A stretch of DNA of 12,272 nucleotides from Candidatus Methylomirabilia bacterium. Its GTDB lineage: Bacteria; Methylomirabilota; Methylomirabilia; Rokubacteriales; CSP1-6. The stretch is from assembly GCA_041492755.1 (NCBI GenBank), contig JBGPXN010000138.1, positions 1 to 12,272 of the forward strand, in the 5' to 3' direction. The notes beneath the pieces are model-generated. The model was given only the letters and a program-made list of their open reading frames with translations, did no database searches and was not told where the DNA came from. The position numbers and the translations under genes are program-made. Positions 6,988 through 12,272 of the stretch are shown here, piece by piece (within the stretch, counting starts at the first letter, position 1; each line of letters starts with the position of its first letter).

Positions 6988-8585
6988 CGACGCGCTTCGA
7001 TGCGGTGACGCTCGAGGTGCTCTGGACGCGCCTGATCTCGGTGGTGGACGAGGCGGCCAAGGCCATCGTCCGCACGTCGTTCTCGACGCTGTCGAACGAG
7101 GCGAACGACTTCGCCTGCATCCTGACCGACGCCCGCGGCGGCGCGCTGGCCCAGAACACCGGCAGCATCCCGTCGTTCATCGGTACCCTGCCCGCCACCG
7201 TGAAGCACTTCCTGCGACACATGGGCGCCGACGCCATGCACCAGGGCGACGTCCTCATCACCAACGATCCCTGGATGGGGACCGGCCACAAGAGCGACGT
7301 GTGCGTGCTCAAGCCGATCTTCTACCGGGGCGCCCTGGTCGCCTTCTCCGCGACGACGTCCCACATGCCCGACATCGGCGGGCGGGTGCGGGCCATCGAG
7401 GCGCGCGAGGTGTTCGAGGAAGGCTTCTACATCCCGCTCATGAAGCTCAAGCGCGAAGGACGCACCGACGAGACGCTGATGGAGCTGTTCCGCGCGAACG
7501 TCCGCACGCCCGACCAGACCGCCGGCGACATCTGGGCCCAGGTTGGCGCCAACGAGCTGATGGAGCGGCGCCTGGTCTCGTTGCTGGAGGACTATGGGCT
7601 CGACACGCTGACCGACCTCGCCGACGAGCTGTTCGGCCGGGCCGAGCGCGCGATGCGCGACGCGATCAAGGGCGTACCGGACGGCACGTATCGCTACGAG
7701 ATGCGCACCGACGGCGTGGACCATCCGTACGAGTTCAAGGTGGCCGTCACCATCGCGGGCGACGAGATCGTCGCCGACTACACCGGCACGTCGCCGAGCC
7801 AGCCCCGCGCGATCAACTGCGTGTACGCGTACACCTACGCCATGACCGCGTACGCCGTGCGCTGCGCGCTGCTGCCGGGCCTGGCCAACAACGAGGGCAT
7901 GTACCGGCCCGTGAACGTGGTGGCGCCGGAGGGCTCGCTGCTCAATCCCCGCTTCCCGGCCGCGGTGGTGAGCCGGTCGAACACCGGTCACTACGTCCCC
8001 GTGCTCGTGCTCGGCGCGCTGCACCAGATCATCCCCGATCGCGTGATGGCGGGCACGGGCTCGCCGCTGTGGGCCGTCACCCAGTCGGGCGTCCGCGCCG
8101 ACCATCGTCCGTACACGAACGTGCTCTTCTTCAACGGTGGGCTGGGCGCGACGCCGACCAAGGACGGCGAGAACGTCCTGTCGTGGCCGAGCAACATCTC
8201 GTCGACGCCGGTGGAGATCGCCGAGCGCAACAGCCCGCTCTTCTTCCACCACAAGCGGCTGCGCCCGGGCTCGGGCGGCGCCGGCCGCTTCCGCGGCGGG
8301 CTCGGCCAGGACATCCTGATGGAGAGCGAGTCCGACACGCCGATCACGCTGAGCTTCATGGCCGAGCGCACGCGCTTCGCGGCGCCCGGCTTCGGCGGCG
8401 GGGGCGACGGCGGCCTCGGCGACGTGCGGATCAACGACGTCGCCGTCAACCACCGCCAGCAGCACATCGTGAACCGCGGCGATCGCATCCTCGTGCGCAC
8501 GCCGGGCGGCGGCGGCTACGGCCCATCCGCGAAGCGCGACGGCTCCTCGATCGAGCGCGACCGTCGTCAGCGCTACGTGGAGTAG
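6984..8585 (+). CDS. Hydantoinase B / oxoprolinase family subunit, 533 aa
   Basis: ATGA overlap with the A subunit and an AGGAGG SD just upstream; D.VTLEV...RL, RTSFS, NDPW.G.GH..D, H..DIGG, EEG, P.E..E, SGGAGRFRGGLG, TPGGGGYG. Confidence 0.95.
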   Translation: MTTRFDAVTLEVLWTRLISVVDEAAKAIVRTSFSTLSNEANDFACILTDARGGALAQNTGSIPSFIGTLPATVKHFLRHMGADAMHQGDVLITNDPWMGTGHKSDVCVLKPIFYRGALVAFSATTSHMPDIGGRVRAIEAREVFEEGFYIPLMKLKREGRTDETLMELFRANVRTPDQTAGDIWAQVGANELMERRLVSLLEDYGLDTLTDLADELFGRAERAMRDAIKGVPDGTYRYEMRTDGVDHPYEFKVAVTIAGDEIVADYTGTSPSQPRAINCVYAYTYAMTAYAVRCALLPGLANNEGMYRPVNVVAPEGSLLNPRFPAAVVSRSNTGHYVPVLVLGALHQIIPDRVMAGTGSPLWAVTQSGVRADHRPYTNVLFFNGGLGATPTKDGENVLSWPSNISSTPVEIAERNSPLFFHHKRLRPGSGGAGRFRGGLGQDILMESESDTPITLSFMAERTRFAAPGFGGGGDGGLGDVRINDVAVNHRQQHIVNRGDRILVRTPGGGGYGPSAKRDGSSIERDRRQRYVE

Positions 8586-8635
8586 CGGCCGCCCGGGCCG
8601 TCACCACCGCGGACCGCACGCCAGCGCGCGAGATC

Positions 8636-9571
8636 ATGACCGCGGTGCGGCCGTTCCGCTTCGGCGTCGTCACGGCGGGCGCCGCCTCCCTCGCGGAGTG
8701 GGTTGCCCTCGCGCGCCGGGCCGAGGCGCTCGGCTACGCCATCCTCGTCGCGCCCGATCACTTCCGGAACGCGCTGGCCACGGGGCCCGCGCTGCTGACC
8801 GCGGCCGAGGTCACGACGACGCTGCGGATCGGCAGCCTCGTGTTCGACAACGACTTCCGACATCCCACGATGCTGGCCAAGGAAGCGGCGAGCCTGGACG
8901 TGCTGTCCGGCGGCCGGTTCGAGCTGGGACTCGGCGCCGGCTGGATGCGCTCGGAATACGACACGGCCGGCCTCGCGTTCGATCCGCCCGGGCTGCGCGT
9001 GGGTCGTCTCGAGGAAGCCGTCCGCATCGTGAAGGGACTCTTCGCCGACCCGCCGCTGCACTTCGCCGGGCGGTTCTACCGGATCAACGGACTCGACGGA
9101 TTGCCCAAGCCGGTTCAGCGCCCGCATCCGCCGCTCGTCATCGGGGGCGGCGGTCGCCGCCTGCTATCACTGGCCGCGCGCGAAGCCGACATCGTCGGCT
9201 TCGCCCCGCGCGCCAAGGCCGATGGCAGTGGGCTGGACCGGAGCGACATCACGGCCGCGGCCGTGGACGACAAGGTCGCGTGGGTGAGGGAGGCGGCGGG
9301 CGATCGGTTCGCGAGCCTGGAGCTCAATCTGCTGGTGCAGGCCGTCGCGGTCACCGACGATCGGGCGGCGGCGATCGAGCCGCTGATGCGCCGCTTCGAG
9401 ACGACGGCGGAGGTCGTGGAGTCGTCGCCCTTCGTCTTCGTCGGCTCCGTGGATCGGATCAGCGAGACGCTTCGCGAGCGCCGGGAGCGCTACGGCATCT
9501 CGTACTGGGTCGTGTTCGAGGCGTCCATGGAAGCCTTCGCGCCCGTCGTGGCTCGCCTTCACGGCGTCTGA
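8636..9571 (+). CDS. Luciferase-like monooxygenase (LLM) superfamily oxidoreductase, probably F420-dependent type, 311 aa
   Basis: The real gene is the 3' part of track ORF 7301..9571, starting at ATG 8636 (MTAVRPFRFGV). Motifs ARRAE.LGY....PDH, NDFRHP..LAKE..SLD.LSGGRFELGLGAGW...EY, PKPVQ.PHPP..IGGGG...L..AAR.AD. It resembles the TIGR03621-type group from memory; the cofactor is not provable from sequence. Confidence 0.9.
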   Translation: MTAVRPFRFGVVTAGAASLAEWVALARRAEALGYAILVAPDHFRNALATGPALLTAAEVTTTLRIGSLVFDNDFRHPTMLAKEAASLDVLSGGRFELGLGAGWMRSEYDTAGLAFDPPGLRVGRLEEAVRIVKGLFADPPLHFAGRFYRINGLDGLPKPVQRPHPPLVIGGGGRRLLSLAAREADIVGFAPRAKADGSGLDRSDITAAAVDDKVAWVREAAGDRFASLELNLLVQAVAVTDDRAAAIEPLMRRFETTAEVVESSPFVFVGSVDRISETLRERRERYGISYWVVFEASMEAFAPVVARLHGV

Positions 9572-10087
9572 ATGCGGATCCGACGACTCCAGGCCCACGA
9601 GGAAGCGCTGTTCCGCCCGCTACGACTCCGGGCCCTGGAGGATGCCCCCGATGCGTTCGCCGACACGCTGGCCGACACGCTCGCCCGCCCCGATTCCTAC
9701 TGGGCGAACCTCACGCGATCCGTGACCGATCCGCAGCGCCACGTCATGTTCGTGGCCGAGGACGATGCCACGCCCGTCGGTCTGGTGTTCGGTCTGCGCG
9801 ACGCGGATCGGACCGACGGCGGGCGACTGGGCGGGATGTGGGTCGCGCCCGAAGCGCGCGAGCGCGGCCTCGGTCGGGCCCTCGGCGAGGCGGTGATCGA
9901 GTGGGCACGGGCGGAAGGATTGACACGGCTCGCGCTCTGGGTGACGGTCGCCAACCCGCCGGCCGTGAACCTCTACCAACGCCTGGGCTTCGTCGCGACC
10001 GGACGGAGCAACGCGCTGCCTTCGAATCCCCGGCTGCAGATCGTCGAGATGACGCGCGCGCTCGAGCCGCGCGCACCCGCGCCTTAG
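9572..10087 (+). CDS. GNAT-family N-acetyltransferase, 171 aa
   Basis: Starts immediately after the LLM stop (TGA-ATG). Acetyl-CoA motif A MWVAPEARERGLGRAL and motif B LWV...N..A..LY..LGF; N-terminal LRL.AL...P.AF. Confidence 0.92.
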   Translation: MRIRRLQAHEEALFRPLRLRALEDAPDAFADTLADTLARPDSYWANLTRSVTDPQRHVMFVAEDDATPVGLVFGLRDADRTDGGRLGGMWVAPEARERGLGRALGEAVIEWARAEGLTRLALWVTVANPPAVNLYQRLGFVATGRSNALPSNPRLQIVEMTRALEPRAPAP

Positions 10088-10175
10088 CCTGGATTATTCG
10101 TGAACGCACACACCGCGATCGACCGGGGGGCACGGTCGGCGAACGCGTCGCGCGTGCACGAATAGTTCAGGTTAG
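10084..10175. mobile_element. MITE-like 84-bp element (10088-10171) with 20-bp terminal inverted repeats and flanking TTAG direct repeats; may double as a bidirectional terminator hairpin
   Basis: Left end CCTGGATTATTCGTGAACGC (10088-10107) versus the reverse complement of the right end (10152-10171) CCTGAACTATTCGTGCACGC: 17/20 identical. TTAG lies at 10084-10087 and 10172-10175. Inner stem CGACCG/CGGTCG (10120-10125/10133-10138). Confidence 0.65.
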
Positions 10176-12271
10176 CGCGCGCCGCGCAGCAGCGCGAAGA
10201 GCCGGCCGGCGATGATCGGCGCGTCGCGGATCGTCACGCCGCGATCGGCGACGGCGTCCTCGATGGCATTCGCGATGACGGCGGCGCCGGGGATGGCGCC
10301 GCTTTCGCCCACGCCCTTCACCCCGAGCTCGTTGATCGCTGACCGGTGCTCCATGAGGGCGACCTCCAGCGCGGGCAAGTCGTGCGCCTTCGGGATGGCG
10401 TAGTCCATCAGGCTCGCGGTCAGCAGCTGGCCGGCTTCGTCGTAGACGAGACCCTCCAGCAAGCCGGCGCCGATACCTTGCGCCATCCCGCCGTGGAGCT
10501 GGCCTTCCACGATGACCGGATTGATGGCGCGGCCGGGATCGTGCACGCCGACGTAGCGCAGCAGACGGATCGCGCACGTCTCGACGTCGACCTCCACCAC
10601 CGCGGCCTGGGTGCCGAAGGCCCACGTGACCGTGTCCGGATAGAAGTACGTGCAGACGTTGAGGCCGGGCTCGCCGACGGTCTTGAGCGCTTTGGACTTG
10701 ATGGCCGCCTGCGCGACGCGTCCCAGCGGCAGCGCGCGCGCCGGCATCCCGGCCACGAACGCGCGCCCGTCCTCGATGCGGACGTCCTCGGCCGCGCACT
10801 CCAGCAGCTCCGCCGCCACCCGCCCCGCGCGCGCCCGCACTTCACGCGCGGTGCGTGCGACGGCAGGTCCGGCGTTGGCCATCACGCGGCTGCCGCCGGT
10901 GCCCATGCCATAGGGGAACCGCGTGGTGTCGCCGGCGACCACGGTGACGTCCTCGAGCGGGGCGCCCAGCTCGGTGGCCGCGATCTGGGCCAGGGTCGTC
11001 GCGTGTCCCTGGCCCTGCGCGGTCACGCCGATGAACACGAGCACCTTGCCGCTCGGATCGACCTTCACCGTCGCGCCCTCGAACGGTCCGAGGCCAGAGC
11101 CCTGCAGATAGCACGCGACGCCGATCCCGATCCGCAGCGCGCCGTCGGTCTGCGCGGCTTGACGCCGGCGCCAGTCGTCGTAGCCGAGCAGCGCCAGCGC
11201 GCGCTCGAAGGCGGCCGGGAAGTCGCCCGGATCGTAGGTGATGCCGACGCCGTCCTTGTAGGTGAGCCCGGGACGATACGGCATCTCGTCGGCGCGGATG
11301 AGATTGCGCCGGCGGACGTCCGCCGGGTCGAGCCCGAGCCGACGCGCGCCAATGTCGATGAGCCGCTCCATCACGAACACGGCCTCGGGCCGGCCGGCGG
11401 CGCGGTACGCCGCGTTCTGCGTCTTGGTGGTGACGACGCTCCGGCCGACGTTGCGGTAGTGGTGCACGCGGTAGGGCGCGCACAGGTGATTCACCGTGTT
11501 CATGGTGAGCCCGTCGCCCTGCAGCGGGTACGCGCCCACGTCGGCCAGGAAGCGCGCGTCGACGGCCACGATCGTCCCGTCACGCGCGAAGCCGACGCGG
11601 ACGTCGTGCGACTGCTCACGGTCGTGGCCGGTCGCGCTGAACGAGTCCCGCCGGCTCTCGACCCACTTCACCGGGCGCCCGAGCCGCCACGCCGCAGCGG
11701 CCACCAGCACCTCCTCGGGGTAGAGCGCGCCCTTCGGGCCGAAGCCGCCACCCACGTCGGGGACGAGCACGCGCACGTCCTCGGTCGCCAGCCCCAGCAC
11801 GGTCGCCACGCCGTCGCGGATGCTGTAGGGATTCTGCGTCGACGACCAGACGACGAGCCCGCCCCCGTCCTCGTCGCGGTAGGCGAGGACGCCGCGCGGC
11901 TCGATCGGCACCGCGGCCAGCCGCGGATGGCGGAGCTGCTCGTGGACGATCAGGTGCGCTTCGGCCATCCGGGCTTCGGCGTCACCGACCGCACCGCGCG
12001 CCTCGAGGGCGACGTTGTCCGGCCAGCCCTCGTGCAGCCGCGTGGACGAGCGCAGCGCGTCCTCCGCGCTGACGAGCGCGGGTCGCGGCTCGTAGTCCAC
12101 GGTCACGGCGGCGAGCGCGTCGGCCAGGCGGTAGGGGTCGTCGGCGATCACCACCGCGACCGGCTCGCCGGCATAGCGCACGACGTCGCGCGCGAGCGCC
12201 GTCTCCGCGTACGGCCGGCCCTTCTGAACGGTCGGCATCGGCCGCGTGGCCTCGGGCAGATCGGCTGCGGC
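10172..12271 (-). CDS. Xanthine dehydrogenase / CoxL-like molybdopterin-binding large subunit, 5'-truncated by the window edge
   Basis: VRYAGEPVA, PIEPRG, STQ.P, DVGGGFG.K, RPVKW.E.R, AYRAAGRPE, QGQGH.T..AQ, G.GT.GSR, D.G..INP..VEGQ.HGG.AQGIG, KGVGESG. The frame stays open upstream of the track's Met 12238 (AAADLPEATRP-M), so the real start lies outside the window. Confidence 0.93.
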   Translation of the reverse strand, partial: AAADLPEATRPMPTVQKGRPYAETALARDVVRYAGEPVAVVIADDPYRLADALAAVTVDYEPRPALVSAEDALRSSTRLHEGWPDNVALEARGAVGDAEARMAEAHLIVHEQLRHPRLAAVPIEPRGVLAYRDEDGGGLVVWSSTQNPYSIRDGVATVLGLATEDVRVLVPDVGGGFGPKGALYPEEVLVAAAAWRLGRPVKWVESRRDSFSATGHDREQSHDVRVGFARDGTIVAVDARFLADVGAYPLQGDGLTMNTVNHLCAPYRVHHYRNVGRSVVTTKTQNAAYRAAGRPEAVFVMERLIDIGARRLGLDPADVRRRNLIRADEMPYRPGLTYKDGVGITYDPGDFPAAFERALALLGYDDWRRRQAAQTDGALRIGIGVACYLQGSGLGPFEGATVKVDPSGKVLVFIGVTAQGQGHATTLAQIAATELGAPLEDVTVVAGDTTRFPYGMGTGGSRVMANAGPAVARTAREVRARAGRVAAELLECAAEDVRIEDGRAFVAGMPARALPLGRVAQAAIKSKALKTVGEPGLNVCTYFYPDTVTWAFGTQAAVVEVDVETCAIRLLRYVGVHDPGRAINPVIVEGQLHGGMAQGIGAGLLEGLVYDEAGQLLTASLMDYAIPKAHDLPALEVALMEHRSAINELGVKGVGESGAIPGAAVIANAIEDAVADRGVTIRDAPIIAGRLFALLRGAR

Positions 12272-12272
12272 C

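Noticed and set aside
4285..8465. Alternative long ORFs 4285..5628 (-), 4518..5906 (+), 6130..6972 (-), 6579..8465 (-)
   Set aside because: Off-frame or antisense shadows of the well-supported cyclase and hydantoinase genes.
8586..8600. Small hairpin CGGCC-GCCCG-GGCCG after the hydantoinase B stop
   Set aside because: Only a 5-bp stem with no U-tract; expected by chance at this GC content.
7301..8635. N-terminal extension of the 756-aa ORF 7301..9571
   Set aside because: Out-of-frame overlap with hydantoinase B and Arg-rich nonsense. LLM homology begins at ATG 8636.
8698..10215. 505-aa plus-strand ORF spanning the LLM and GNAT genes
   Set aside because: Off-frame, low-complexity Arg/Gly/Ala translation overlapping two genes with clear motifs.
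1..12272. CRISPR arrays, tRNA/rRNA genes, transposases or integrases
   Set aside because: None seen. The intergenic spaces are short, and the only periodic repeat (2289-2334) has two full copies with a 5-nt spacer, unlike CRISPR.

Overview
A very GC-rich (roughly 70% by eye), gene-dense bacterial window. From left to right: the N-terminal fragment of a HAD-family hydrolase and oligopeptidase B (ptrB), both on the minus strand; a divergent intergenic region with candidate promoters, a 20-bp-period direct repeat and GC hairpins; a three-gene plus-strand cluster (secreted two-Cys protein, membrane c-type-heme DUF3365-like/HAMP protein with no output domain, and a translationally coupled class III nucleotide cyclase with non-canonical base-specificity residues and two C-terminal helical repeats); a hydantoinase/oxoprolinase A+B pair; an LLM/F420-type oxidoreductase; a GNAT acetyltransferase; an 84-bp MITE-like element with TTAG direct repeats wedged exactly between two convergent stop codons; and the 3' part of a xanthine dehydrogenase/CoxL-like molybdoenzyme large subunit (minus strand, runs off the window). 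The most interesting candidates are the split heme-sensor/atypical-cyclase signalling module (2367-4848) and the miniature element at 10084-10175. All family assignments come from motif recognition by eye; no database searches were run.
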